A DNA stretch of 63,335 nt, the filler included, from Phoronis australis (taxonomy: Eukaryota; Animalia; Phoronida), in assembly GCA_002633005.1 (NCBI GenBank). It is 6 parts of 6 records of this genome, joined end to end, with 100 filler letters (N's around TTAATTAATTAA, not from the genome) between each part and the next. Parts side by side here need not be neighbours in the genome. Positions count along the whole stretch, not along the records: positions 32,546 to 42,492 come from NMRA01001778.1; positions 42,593 to 58,250 come from NMRA01000721.1; 4 more parts are not named here. The stretch is one strand, 5' to 3'. The notes beneath the pieces were generated by a model. That model had not been told where the DNA came from. It searched no databases and was given only the letters and a program-made list of their open reading frames with translations. This document shows, in pieces, positions 37,696 through 50,891 of this stretch. Made by a program: the position numbers and the translations under genes. How positions within the stretch are numbered: the first letter of the stretch is position 1; every line of letters starts with the position of its first letter.

Positions 37696-38491
37696 CAAAC
37701 ATTTTGCGATATTTCAGTAGTACAACGCTGTTGTTGTACCTACCTATGTTAAATCTAAAATACACGTGAAAGGTACATGACATGTAATTTTACGTTTTTA
37801 CTGTTCTGTGTGTTTGAGGGCCCCCAGCGTACTCTGTGTCCGGCTCAGATGCTAAAAGATTCTAAATTCGAGGGTAATTGACGTAAGGCGACTTTTGTCA
37901 CGTCTGTTGTCGTCTCGCAATAGAACTCGACGTCGGTTCACGATAAACTAACCAATTGTATTATTTATCGTCTTATATCTTACGGACACATCCTAGTGTA
38001 TTTTGTTAAAAAGCTGGTTACAGTATGCCAGTGGTTCAAAGTCGTTAAATGGTAGCTAAACAGTTAGCCATGCTGGGTGGACTTCAAAAGCTGTGACGCT
38101 AATACCTCGGCAGAAAACCAAGATCTCGGGAGATTCCGCGGGATATTGCCGTGAATTCTCAATGAGAACAAGTGATTTTGGCTAGATTTTTCTCGTTGCG
38201 TGACATTATTGAGCACTGTCCAGTCAGCCGTGTGTTGATCAACTATAGAAAAACGCTTTTCGCTATGTTGCTCGTTAAAAACGCCCTCACTCTATTGCCC
38301 AAATCACGAGGTTTTCGCTGCATTTATAAAAGACGTAACAACAGGTGTTTGAACGGGCATTATGAATAGCCAACACTGCTAATGGACGGTATAGCCTGTC
38401 CCGCCAACACGAGTTAGTTTCTGCGCCGGACGGTGCAGTATGTTCGGGGTCATCCACCATTCTCTGCTGTATTTTACACTTATTGTTTTAG

Positions 38492-38592
38492 TGCCTACAC
38501 CAGTTTGATAGAATGTATAAATGGACATGCGGGCCAATCCTTGAGCGCCTCCTGTCTGCCGTCTGTTAAATCGGAACTGGACAGTTTACTGG
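38492..38592 (+). CDS. predicted exon 3
   Basis: tgttttag|T...CTGG|gtaagt. AYTSLIECINGHAGQSLSASCLPSVKSELDSLL, phase 2-1, bridging the flanking exons in frame. Confidence 0.65.
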
Positions 38593-39960
38593 GTAAGTTG
38601 ATTACGTACAATGTCATGTTGTTTTATTGTGTCATGTTTCTCGTCTCTTATTTTATCTGCGGCCGGAAGTCAGAATGGCTATTAGAGTCCGACCATCTGA
38701 TGAAAACTGGCGTCGTGCGTTCCGTGGGCGCTGCCCCTCACGAAAACGCAAGACCGGGCAAGACTGCGCGAGATACTGCAATGTATTACAGGCTGTAACT
38801 TTGCGAGTTATGCGTTTGGGGAGGTCAGCCTAATTGGTTCACCAGCCGAGTAAGACAAACTCAACTTCATTGGTGGCTTGGTCTTAACAAAAATAATAAC
38901 GGCGCAATTTTCACAAATCATATAGAACAACAGCAACAGCTTCTCGTGTAGGATGGCGGGATCGAATCACGTCAGAGATAGCTGGAGAACCTGGAGAAAC
39001 GCAAGCCAATCACCCAAGATTTTGCAAGATATCGCCATGCGTTTGAAGGGAAACACGTGATTACTCCAGTTTAATAAGGCCTGGAACGAGATAAACAGAC
39101 TGAATTGCATTATTGACAATGGTTCTCTGCCACTGAAACAGAATTCAACTGCCCACCAGGTATTTTTAGGGTCTGTTCATGAGGATTTTTAATTTTTGTT
39201 GATATCAAAGTATTTTTCTTTTAGTTTTAAATTTCAAAAAACGATCTGTCAACTATTCGCCACTTTGCCGATTTTTCTCCCGCAAGGCAAAGCATGTCTC
39301 GTTGTTAGGTATGGTATTAGACATAGACGTAACACATTTCCTTATATGGAAAGTGTGACATTTGACTTTCGTCAGGATTTGTTTAAAAGATATTTTTGAC
39401 GAGTTTTCGCGTTCCATATCTCTTTATCTCACGGGATTTTTGTGTCTACAGAACACAGTCTTTTGAATTGTTGCTCTAACAGTCGGCAACCCAAGTCACA
39501 GGCAATGCATACATATGACATTTCCGAATTCGCAATTTTAAGTTGGCCGCCCCAATAAACTTTGCTGTGTTTTTAGTCGCTAATTGTTCCGATGCTCTTG
39601 TTGGTAACGGTATTAAATAAAGTCCAAGCATGATAAGAAATTTTATGAAACCGATTTTATGAGAGTAAATGGGATAACTCTATCTTCGCTGTAAACGGTA
39701 CGAAATGTAGCATAATTTTTAAAATTTTTATTTAATGACGTCACCAGTTCTCTGTTTTATTAAGCAAACTAAGCTTGCTACATGTGGGCTCCCTTTGACT
39801 TCAACGTTATCTCATCAAATTTTATCCAAAGTGTCAACAAACCCACCTTCCTACACAATGTATGACGACTTTTGATTTAAACCCCTTGTTGTTATGGCAT
39901 TGGTCTCAAGTTGTGCCTAATTATTGAAATTGGAGGTGATTACAGAGATTCAAGAGAATG

Positions 39961-40175
39961 GACAGTTCGTTATTTCTTGAGACCAATTACAACAGACAGT
40001 TCGTTATTTCTTGACACCAATAACCAACAGACAGCTCGTTATTTCTTGACACCAATAACCAACAGACAGTTCGTTATTTCTTGACACCAATAACCAACAG
40101 ACAGTTCGTTATTTCTTGACACCAATAATTAACAGACTATTCATTATTTTTTGAGACCAATAACCAACCGTCAGT
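39961..40175. repeat. 35-bp minisatellite, ~6 copies
   Basis: Unit GACAGTTCGTTATTTCTTGACACCAATAACCAACA. Confidence 0.93.
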
Positions 40176-40407
40176 TCTTTACAAACCCAAAAATCACTTT
40201 CCACCAGAGGAAGGAACAAGTGACGTCACAAGGCCGATTTAAACTGTCCAAATGCCAAAGGTAATTCTTAGGTTTTACTGTCGCTAGAAAATTAGAGCCT
40301 ATAATGGAATTTGCCTATACATGTAGATAAATAGATTACCACTTGATCTGTGCCCTCATTCATGACCGTTGTACTGCTTGGCTAGTCAGTCCTTTTGTTG
40401 TTTTCAG

Positions 40408-40500
40408 CAAACGAGCCTCAGGTTGGATACGGTTGTACGTTCGAAGAATACGGAAATAAGTGTCCAAATTTACAAGTTTCTATCGTTACAAGCATCTCCG
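40408..40500 (+). CDS. predicted exon 4
   Basis: gttgttttcag|...CTCCG|gtaggt. ANEPQVGYGCTFEEYGNKCPNLQVSIVTSIS, 93 nt, phase 1-1. Confidence 0.65.
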
Positions 40501-40942
40501 GTAGGTTTAGTCTATACTTAGCCTGAAAACGAAACACCCGAGTAAAAACGCGAAGAAGTAGGTAACGTGGGTGGAAGGAACATCTGAATTTTCCATTACA
40601 GGAAAGGCAACAACTTCTGGTTTAATTTAAGACACGTGCCTGCACAAGAGACATCCACCTGGGCCTACAACGAAGACCAGACGCACGCATCCTATGTGTG
40701 GAAATACATTGCATATATATTTCTGAAAGAAAATGTTATTTCGAATATATATCAAGCGCGTGATACTAAATAAAAATATAGGTTACCGCTTACTATTCCA
40801 TTTTGCGCAAGCCAATAAAATACATGGATTAAGTAATTAATAATCTATTCCTAGGCGGAATGCAATATGGCGATAAGATGAGCTTACGATCAGCCACTCT
40901 CTATGATTAAATACAACGAATTGCTTCTATTTGAATTTACAG

Positions 40943-41113
40943 TCGATGGTAACTGGACCGCTTGGTCCGAGTGGACAACATGCAACGCCTCTTGTGGTGG
41001 CGGCAATCAAACACGGAACAGATCTTGTAGCAATCCCGCGCCTTCTGGTGGGGGTAAGAACTGCACCGGTGAAAGCGTGGGTAGCCAGGAATGCAACATG
41101 CAACAATGTCCAA
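40943..41113 (+). CDS. thrombospondin type-1 repeat exon
   Basis: 171-nt phase 1-1 exon VDGNWTAWSEWTTCNASCGGGNQTRNRSCSNPAPSGGGKNCTGESVGSQECNMQQCP, with AG/GTAAG boundaries. Confidence 0.95.
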
Positions 41114-41354
41114 GTAAGGAACTAAAGTGGAATTAAAGCAGTGTACACGTATACTAGATGCAAGTTTCCGTAGGGCGGCGTTATGATGTGCAGTTTTCCA
41201 TTTAGTCATTTTCAACAGGATTCTTTCAAAATTTTCAACTTTACCAAGAGTTGGCTATTCATAATCGGAGTAAACGAGGGTTGCTGACTATATTTTAAAA
41301 CGTTACCAATTGTCTAGTTTTCTTAATCATTTACAAAACTATTATGGTTTGCAG

Positions 41355-41525
41355 TTAACGGAAGTTGGTCAACTTGGACTCAGTGGGGAGCGTGCAGTAT
41401 TGCGTGTGGCGGTGGTAATCAAACGAGGAACAGGACGTGTACTAATCCCGCTCCTCAACATGGTGGGTTGAACTGCACCGGGGAGAATGTTGAAAGCCAA
41501 GAATGCAATACCCACTCGTGCCCCA
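41355..41525 (+). CDS. second thrombospondin type-1 repeat exon
   Basis: 171-nt phase 1-1 exon NGSWSTWTQWGACSIACGGGNQTRNRTCTNPAPQHGGLNCTGENVESQECNTHSCP, with AG/GTAAG boundaries. Confidence 0.95.
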
Positions 41526-41910
41526 GTAAGTACAATTATGATTACATCCCACTCAGTCACGATGCTGCGAGACCGACTCGACGACGAGTCAGCTCTCCAA
41601 GAACTGCCAAACGTGAAGCGCGAATATCGATGACATTTCGTGAGTGCGCTCAAAAATAAACACTTAAACAAAAGTTTGGAAATTTGTGCTCACTCGCCCT
41701 GTTTTTATTATTTTTGTTATAATTAAATGATGTTGTATAACAATGAAAAGGCCAGTCATTTCCCTTTTCACTGATACCCCCTTCTGTCAATAAATGTTTA
41801 CTGTGTTTAGTAACTTTGCCGCCAGAGGGTGCTTGGTCTCAAAGTGAATGTTGCAAATTCAGTTGGAGCTAAATGTGTATTCAAGTTTGAGCATTCAGCT
41901 TTTTCAATAG

Positions 41911-42070
41911 CAATTACAGTGCTGGTTCTATAGTAATACACACTTATGACAATTACAGTGCTGGTTCTATGGTAATACACACTTATGACAATTACAGTGC
42001 TGGTTCTATAGTAATACACACTTATAACAATTACAGTGCTGGTTCTATAGTAATACACACTTATGACAAT
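41911..42070. repeat. 39-bp minisatellite, 4 copies
   Basis: Unit CAATTACAGTGCTGGTTCTATAGTAATACACACTTATGA. Confidence 0.93.
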
Positions 42071-44694
42071 GTGGCAACACTTTATTTTTTGAACAACTGG
42101 CTGAAAGACATTAGTGTTAGTCTGACTGATAGACAACAATGATACTGTCTTCTCAGTATCGGGTTGACCAAATTCGCAGTCATTACAACGACACCCCTTT
42201 TTTGCATTCTGTTGGTTGGAGTTTGTACTTCAGTTTGGAGATGACACTAGGAAACACTCCAAATTGTGCTGCTACAACATCCTGGGAAACATCAGCACCA
42301 ATTTGTCCAAGAGCTCGGGCCTTTTCTGTATTACAAAAACATAGCATACTTGGAGCCAGAACACCAGATTTTCACATTTGAAGAAAGCTGCAAACTGGGC
42401 ACTCCAAACACAATTTACAGAATTGTGATTTATGCTAAGCCTGCTAACAGCAGGAGTTCTATTCTATCATCCAGTCTCTCACAAATTTGGTGNNNNNNNN
42501 NNNNNNNNNNNNNNNNNNNNNNNNNNNNNNNNNNNNTTAATTAATTAANNNNNNNNNNNNNNNNNNNNNNNNNNNNNNNNNNNNNNNNNNNNGATTTAAC
42601 AGTTTTGATTTATACATATACATTTTATAGTTGCAAAGTGTTTCATAGCAATTAGTTTGTTCTAAACACACTCTGGTTTTACGTCAAGTGTCATGAGTTC
42701 GCAGAAATTTAAAGAGAGAGCACCGACTCTGACGAGCTTCTTAAAAAGTTCTTGCAAGTGACGTTCGATTCCATAGAGATCATGAAACATTACTTAGGAC
42801 TTGTATTTTAGGTCGTACGATAGTCCTAGAACATGCATACATGCATCTTGTTCTCGTCAGTAACTGATGAAATTAGTACACCAGAAGGTAACGATTCGCA
42901 CCCTCTAGGTTACGGATGATGTTTCCTAAAACTACTGGTTGTTCGATGAATTACATCGGAATGCTTTTAGTGAAAGCTTTTAATTCCGAATAGATTACTT
43001 GGGTCGAGGAAAGTTAAGGTTGTACTAAAGTCAAAAACCCCTCATACATATTACAGACAGATTTCAAGTAGAACCTTTGACAGCGGATGGATAAATCGAT
43101 GTTCTGTATAATTTTAGGAATTGGTATGAAGAGCTGGCTTCATAGTTTTTGGATATTTAGAAAATGTAAAATATTTGAGAACAGTTAATGGTTTTTGCTT
43201 AACATTACCAGCAATATTGAAACCGTGAACTGCGCATGCGCGAAAATCACTCGGTTAGCCCCCTTCAGGATACATGGGGTTCGCAGAAAACACAGCGTGA
43301 GGGTTTTATTTATGAAAGAATCACATTTGCCGATAGCACATAACATAGATAAGTATTTTGTTAAAAACGTGGCCAAGTTTCAGCAAAATTGGAAAAAAAA
43401 TGATGCTTAACATGATATGGTCAAAGTTTTGGCTTATTTTGTCGCTTCGATCAGTGGAATCGCCGCTAAAAACCCGAAAGTGCATGTGAGAAAACGATAA
43501 TTTTCGACCAAGCCTTTCATGTGCGGTTAGTTGCCGATAGACCCAACAGATATCAGTATAATCAAGATTGAACTGTAGGAGTTTGAAGAAAATTAGACAA
43601 AATTTTGTATTTAACATGGGGTGGCCGAAAATTGCCAATTTTGGCCTTTTGATATCAGTTCATCATCATAGACTATCATTAGTGGGTCTAGTTAGTTCGA
43701 AGTTTTTGGTTAAATCACTGATAATATTCACACCAGTATACTAATAAACGTTTTCTCTATATATAACAGTTTGAATCCCTTGTTCTAAGTAGTGCGTACA
43801 ACAGGGGTTGGCCCTTGACCGGCCTGGCCCGGCCCATAGTATGGGAGCCAAACTGAATTCAGCTCTAAACCAAAGTAGCTATGAGCGGAAAACTCACTTG
43901 AGGTGTTTACGATCCACTTCAGAGAAAAAAAAAAACTCGTTGTACCTAACAATAATTTGTTTCCGGGTACTTTGGGCATGGTTTAAAATAGAAAGGGGTC
44001 ATTACAAGTTGAATTTATGAGAATTGTACAGTTGCATTGCGAACTGAAAACTAGTCCATTGAGGTAGTGCGAGATAAGGCAACGAGTAAGGACATTTTTG
44101 ATTTGCTTACGAGTGGTGACTCATGATATATTGGTCAGACATCTGAACTAATATGTTTTGTCTTTCCTTTTTAACGGAATATATTTGAACTTTGGTAATT
44201 TTGGGCTACAAAATGTAGAACAACCTTCCTGGTGCTTCTCGCCAGTACTCGGACACGCGGAGAATGCAGCGCTAAACTGGTCCATAAGCGATGACCTAGT
44301 TTACGCAGAGAACCTGGCGGATGACCTAGTTTACGAATTGCTGGTAATGAAATATAAACAAAAGAAAAATAAATCTGTCGCCATTCCAAAACGCATAGGT
44401 GTTGAAACGCCTGATTTGTCTGTGAAGACATTTTGGTATTCATGTGAATAATTGGTGAAATTTAAGTGAACCAAAAATCGAGCTTAAATGATATGTTATA
44501 TTTTGCACAGGTTATGATTTCCGGTTATGGAGCGCAATTAGGGAGTCAGAAATGAAGAAATTGAGGGAAATTAAAAAAGAATGAATATTTTCCCATACCA
44601 TTTTTAAAAGGTAAGAATCTAAAGAACTAGTATAGGAAGTAGAAATTATTTTTAAAAATTGAGAAAATAAGGAAAAGTAGGAGCTCCACGAATC

Positions 44695-44849
44695 CTGCTC
44701 CCGTTCAGTAACGCGATGACCTCACTAAAAAGCAAGACTTCGGGAGATTTCATGAAATATTGTTATATAATTTAAATGGGAACACATGGCTTTGGGTAGG
44801 TTCAAGCTAGGTCCTAGCTTAGGTCCTAGCGTTACTGAACTAACGCCTG
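44695..44849. mobile_element. MITE family A copy
   Basis: Colinear with 1839-1997. Ends GTTCAGTAACGC / GCGTTACTGAAC. Confidence 0.7.
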
Positions 44850-47800
44850 ACTTCTATTAGAGACGGCGACTACCTTTAATGTAAGGGAGGTATGAAGCAC
44901 TATCCTCGAGACCAGCGATGTCAACAAACTACATGTAAATGCGGATTTGACAAATGTTACTGGTTAAATGTACTGCACGTACCTAAGAAAAATTGAGAAA
45001 CATTCACAATCATTTTTCATTCCATGTTTTTCTCACATCAATTTTATTTATATCTCACACCATTGTTGTAATTTTACCTCACTTTGAAGAAGCGGTAAAG
45101 AACAACAAAGCAAAAAGCGAACAGGTATGCTACTATATATACATGTATGGAAACGTTCTGCCTTCAAAGAGAAATAAATCGCCTTGCCTTTGTTTTTTTA
45201 AATACAATCAAACTTCTTTAATAAACCATGGGATTTTCAGTTTTCGAAAAAATATGATTTTAAACAAAATTGATACCTGTTATCATTATTCAGTTAAGGC
45301 CTGTTATGTAGTAATGCTTAAACTCTAATTCAAAATTCGAAAGTTTAAAATAGTGCCGTAGAATTGGTTGTCATCCCAAAATTGTCTTAACAATACTTAA
45401 TATGGAATTTGCCCTTAGTTGCAAACTTCTTATTCTACACAAACAAAGACTCACGCTAGTGAAAAAAAGAGTTAAGCATCCTTGGTCATTCACAGGGCAA
45501 GATTTAATCTAATGGGGCATGGATTTCCAAAGTTTGAGAGGCCCCATTGTGAAAACGGTGATTCTATGAAATTTAATTCATTCAAATCAGAGAATATTAG
45601 AAACAAATTCTAGGTCTGCATGGATTCTGATTTCTTATACAGTGTCGTCGATCAAATAACAATTGGAACCCTCATTTAGTTTATCAACATTTGACTATTT
45701 GATTTATTCCTTAGGTTGGTATAAATCTCACCATCATTGATGACACTGCCGTTAGATTTGAAATAAAGTTCGAGTAAGACGTAGTCCTAGTGGTCCTCAA
45801 TATCTTAAGTCACGGATTAATTTCTACCTGTGGCAAGCTCATTAATGATTTGCACGTGCAGTGTTGGCTGGACAGTTAAAGGTGCATGTGACTGCTACGA
45901 CTGGCATTTACTTGTTCTGAGTATACGATGGTTATTTTGTCACACTTTAACTCACATTTTGCTCTTCCTTCACTTTTCTTAAATACTTATTGCTGGCATG
46001 CGGAAAGTTTAGCGGAAAATTCAGGAGCTGTTCAAATATTTTGGATTTGTAAAAACGTTTAGCTAGTCGACATTCACTTTTCACCTGATTAATATAATGT
46101 GGAGTAGTTTGGCTGTTTGAACACAATATCATTCATTCCGTAATAGTCGCATGCAAACCGTGGATTTGGGGTTAAAACCATTGATTTTGTTAGTTTGTTG
46201 ATAACCGTCTCCACTTATGGTAGCCGTAACAGAAGGAAAGGTTAAATTTGAATAAGTTTCAACAGTCAATGTTAAGCGTCACCCAGTGGTGTAATACGAC
46301 TGTAGTGACCCTTTCCGGTGTACCATCACGTCCAAGCTTCACTTTTAAATCCATCGGCTTACAACAAAAAAACATTGAAATTGAGCTTTTAACTTCGCGC
46401 CAAGACTCGCATTTCCATTCCCTTAGCGTCAACGCTAAGTTGACACTAGTAACAAGTACGCCTAACCATTTCTAGCCCAAAACATCAATACAACCTGTTG
46501 ATGGTTGACTTTATAGTATTTGAAACAGCAGACGCACGTGACATGCACTAAACCATGACGAATTTATTAAGGGTGTTATATAATACCTTAATATTTACAA
46601 AAATCTGAAATTACGCAATTGTGCAACAAATATTATTTCTTCTTATAGAAATACAATTCACCTCCTTTGATATTTACTGTGATTAAGCTTAGCTCCGCCT
46701 ACCACGCACTGAGTTCTGTGAATGCTAATTTGTTTTTGAATGGCCGAGTGCACTCAGCTCGCTGAGACCACACTCGGGTTATCCGGCATGTTGAGGCCCT
46801 CCTGTGAATGTTGTCATACTGGTCGAATGTGATTTGTGTTGCTGGAGACTCAATACATCATTAAGTTATTATTTACTGTCATTTACGGTTTTGCTTTTAA
46901 TTTGTCTTTAATATGATCTACTTTCCGAGTTTATGTGTGTTTGAACTGTTACTGGGTATTATGTGTGTTCGAACTCCACGTACGATAAGACTGACAAACA
47001 TATCACAAGTAAAGCGTTGCGAAATAAAGTTTTATACTGTCCCGAGCAACATGTTCTTTGACTCGCATTCAACTACACTCTCAAATATCTCGTTTTGCAA
47101 AACTGTGTCATGTAAATGGACACAGAGATATTTCATGCTTGCCCAATGAAAGAAGACACGACTTTTTATTATTGTTCATTTCGTTATCAAATGATTGCGT
47201 CGTAATTGAAAGTACTAGTATACTGTTTTCTATATTTTCACACTTGTTTAAGTGTCTCAGTTGTGGTCTTTGCTTTAAATCCTAATTTACATGTTTTTTT
47301 CTTATTTACTGGTTATACTTGTAGACAGTGTGTACATTCAAATTTGTTGAAGAACAACATTAACCTTGATCAAAAATGGAGTAGTGGTATGCTGTTTGAA
47401 ATCAGGCTATGTTAGCACAATTGAGGTGCTGTCGTTGATTTTACGCGACGGGAAATCCCAGTTATCAAAACGGGCTATAACGATGGATGTCCTAGAGACC
47501 TGCAGAGGAAAGGTGGAATAAAGTACCATATTTTGTCCCAGTCACATTTACTTTGTGCACTTAAGGTCTGATGTCTGTCACTTGTGAGAGTCAAAAATAC
47601 TGTATGTGTAAAGTTGTCCAGATTTTAAAGGAATACTTGAGGGTACTGGAATTTACGTCACGTAGCCAGGTTGTCCCAGTTGAAGATATTCAGGACTTTA
47701 CGTTGCGCAGTTCTTGGTTGATTTAGGAACATGGTAAAAATATTAAACACAAACAATTGAGTCACACAAGGAGTACTAATGATTGTTGTAAGCAATGAAG

Positions 47801-48559
47801 GGGATCGAACACGTTTCGCATGTATAAGCAGTGTTTATTGGAACAAGTGTCCAGCAATAATATGCAAAAGGAGAGGTTTTGGTAAGAAATCTCACCTTTT
47901 TTCAGACCCAGACATAGAGAAAATTTTCTGATGAGATAAAGTGAGTGACCGCATGCATAAACACGTATACCCACTTCTAAAAAAGCGTCCCAACTCCATT
48001 GACCGCATGCATAAACACGTACAGTATACCCACTTCTAAAAAAGCGTCCCAACTCCATTGCGCCAAGATAGAGTGACCAAATTTGCAGCTTGTACTTCAA
48101 GTTTATTCACTGGTTTTGTTGGTGTTTTGTCACTCTTAATTTAATTTCAAATGCACGGGGGTTACTGTTGTCACCAGTTCCAGTGGTTGGTAGCATCTTC
48201 TGCCGTGCATTAAGAATGGGTGAGTTGCAGAAATAGATATTTCCAGATCAAAAATGTACCACAGACTCCTATAATACTCAAAAAGTTTATTTTTCAAAAA
48301 AACACTCTCTTTTTGCAGTTATAATAGTCAAGTCCCGGACACAGTAGTCCCGGGCTGATTAATGATAATAATTAAATCACGTAGATTCTGGAATGCCGTG
48401 CAGTTTCCGACATATAAAAAATAAAATAGTGAAATAGTAAAACTATGACCGGTATTATTTTTGCTGTCTATTGTATACCACTATTTGGTCCACTGTGCGA
48501 TTTCGTTTACATCCATCTATATGTTTCCGATAGGTAGTCTGTGTTATTCCCTTGGCAAA

Positions 48560-49332
48560 GTGACTGTACTTCGGGAGCAAGTTTTCTGTTATACAGAATC
48601 TGTTGAATGCACGACACTTTTCATTGTTCACGGTCTTTATTCCGTTGAGTTCATACTTTTTGAACAAAACTCTACTCTCTACTGAACACCATTAAAAGAC
48701 ACACGATATTTCGAAACATACTTGTTTCATTCCCAAGTGAAGATAAAATGACGCAGTAATGCCACCACAGAGTATAAGCTGACGACACACACAGTGAGAC
48801 ACGGCAGGTGTGAAATACTCCAGAGAATGACTTATGAATTGGGGTAACAGGAAAGTCACGCAAACAAGTGTAACGTGCGGCGCGACCCTGTTTGCTGCTC
48901 ATTCAAGATAGGCTTCTCAAAAGCAATTAAAAGGGACTCTAATACTTTCAAACGCAGCACATCTTGCTCCACGTAGCGAATTGACGTGTTTTCCACAATT
49001 TCTTGACGGGTGATTTTACATGCGTCGTATTGCAGAAAATGATCTTGAATTGCGCCATTTTGAAGATGCATGGATAACCGACGGGAAAGACTGCAAACCG
49101 TTTGACCAATGTAACATTGTTTAACGTTTGAACGAAGACACTCGTTCATAGGGCATACAAATTCATAAACAACACTACACTGTGCAACGGGGCGGACTTT
49201 CGCTTTAGAAATGTTATTTTTCATGACCAAGTTGGAGGGCTTCCTATTCCGATAATAAATGATAACATCAAGGTAATCGCCAGGCTTACAAACTTTAATA
49301 TTGTCCCTTAGGAGTTTCTTAATGGCGAACAC
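48560..49332 (-). mobile_element. Penelope-like retroelement 3' fragment (GIY-YIG endonuclease + pseudo-LTR)
   Basis: ORF 48856-49332 has VVYEFVCP..C....CYIGQT...L..RL..H...H...LESLLI....P.LN.Q. Downstream, 48560-48690 encodes KKYE...AFNRFCITENLLPKY, resembling a PLE ORF N-terminus. Confidence 0.88.
48702..48739 (-). ncRNA. degenerate minimal hammerhead-ribozyme-like motif
   Basis: On -: CAC-TTGGGAAT-GAAAC-AAGTAT-GTTTC-GAAA-TATC-GTG (stem I, stem II, GAAA box). The CUGANGA box is non-canonical. Position within the PLE pseudo-LTR is as expected. Confidence 0.4.
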
Positions 49333-49922
49333 CCGTCAAGAAATTGTGGAAAACACTGTCTGCTTTTTGTGAAATTATTGGCTGTAGTTAAATGGAGGGA
49401 CACGACTTTATTTATTTCGTCAATGGCTCGTGGTGATGCTGGGTTACACGAAGGTTTGCTATGGAACATAATGTATCGTATGATTGGTGCAATGTTTTAA
49501 TCAAGGCACGGTTAGTTCGAGAATGACAGTAAAATTATGATGAACCCTAGCGGTGGGTTACACGAAGGAGTGGTGTAGAACGCACAATGTACATCTACAT
49601 GTACACTGGTGGTGCTGGGTTACAAGGAGTGCTGTAGAACATAGAGTGCACACTGGTGATGAAAATAAATGACCACATTGATATAAGACTTTCACACACC
49701 GTGCTTCATCCATCGATCTCCGAAAATTCGATTATGTTTTGTTTTTAAAGCTTAACAATTTAGTATGAGGAAATATCAAATGTAGTACTTTTGATATTTT
49801 GATAATAAACACTTAACGTTGTTTGAGATGAACACGAAGGTGTAACTCGATGCAGGAATTAAAATATTTTTATATCAATTTGAATATTGACGATGTTTTG
49901 TTAAAAACACATACTTTGTGTA

Positions 49923-50891
49923 AAATATCTTAAATATCCTTAAATATCCTTAAATATCCTTAAATATCTTAAATATCCTTAAATATCCTTAAATATCCTT
50001 AAATATCCTTAAATATCCTTAAATATCTTAAATATCCTTAAATATCTTAAATATCCTTAAATATCCTTAAATATCCTAAAATATCCTTAAATATCCTTAA
50101 AGATCTAAAATATCCTTAAATATCCTTAAATATCCTTAAATATCCTTAAAAATCTTAAATATCCTTAAATATCCTTAAATATCCTTAAATATCTTAAATA
50201 TCCTTAAATATCCTTAAATATCTTAAATATCCTTAAATATCCTTAAATATCCTTAAATATCTTAAATATCTTTCAATATCCTTAAATATCCTTAAATATC
50301 CGTAAATTTCCTTAAATATCCTTAATTATCCTTAAATATCTCAAATGTCCTTAAATATCCTTAAATATCTTAAATATCCTCAAATATCCTTAAATATCCT
50401 TAAAAATCTTAAATATCCTTAAATATCCTTAAATATCCTTAAATATCTTAAATATCTTTAAATATCCTTAAATATCCTTAAATATCCGTAAATTTCCTTA
50501 AATATCCTTAATTATCCTTAAATATCTCAAATGTCCTTAAATATCCTTAAATATCTTAAATATCCTCAAATATCCTTAAATATCCTTAAAAATCTTAAAT
50601 ATCCTTAAGTATCCTTAAATATCCTTAAATATCTTAAATATCCTTAAATATCCTTAAAAATCTTAAATATCCTTAAATATCCTTAAATATCCTTAAATAT
50701 GTCAAATATCCTTAAATATCCATAAATACCCTTAAACATCCTTAAAAATCTTAAATATCCTTAAATATCTTTAAAAATCTTAAATATCCTTAAATATTCT
50801 TAAATATCCTTAAATATCCTTAAATATATTAAATATCCTTAAATATCCTTAAATATCCTTAAATATCCTTAAATATCCTTAAGTATCCTTA
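49923..50891. repeat. 10-bp satellite (CCTTAAATAT)n, ~1 kb
   Basis: Roughly 100 units with interspersed 9-bp variants. Confidence 0.98.

Noticed and set aside
41807-42139. 110-aa ORF with 13-aa repeats
   Set aside because: Translation of the 39-bp minisatellite, with no splice or homology support.
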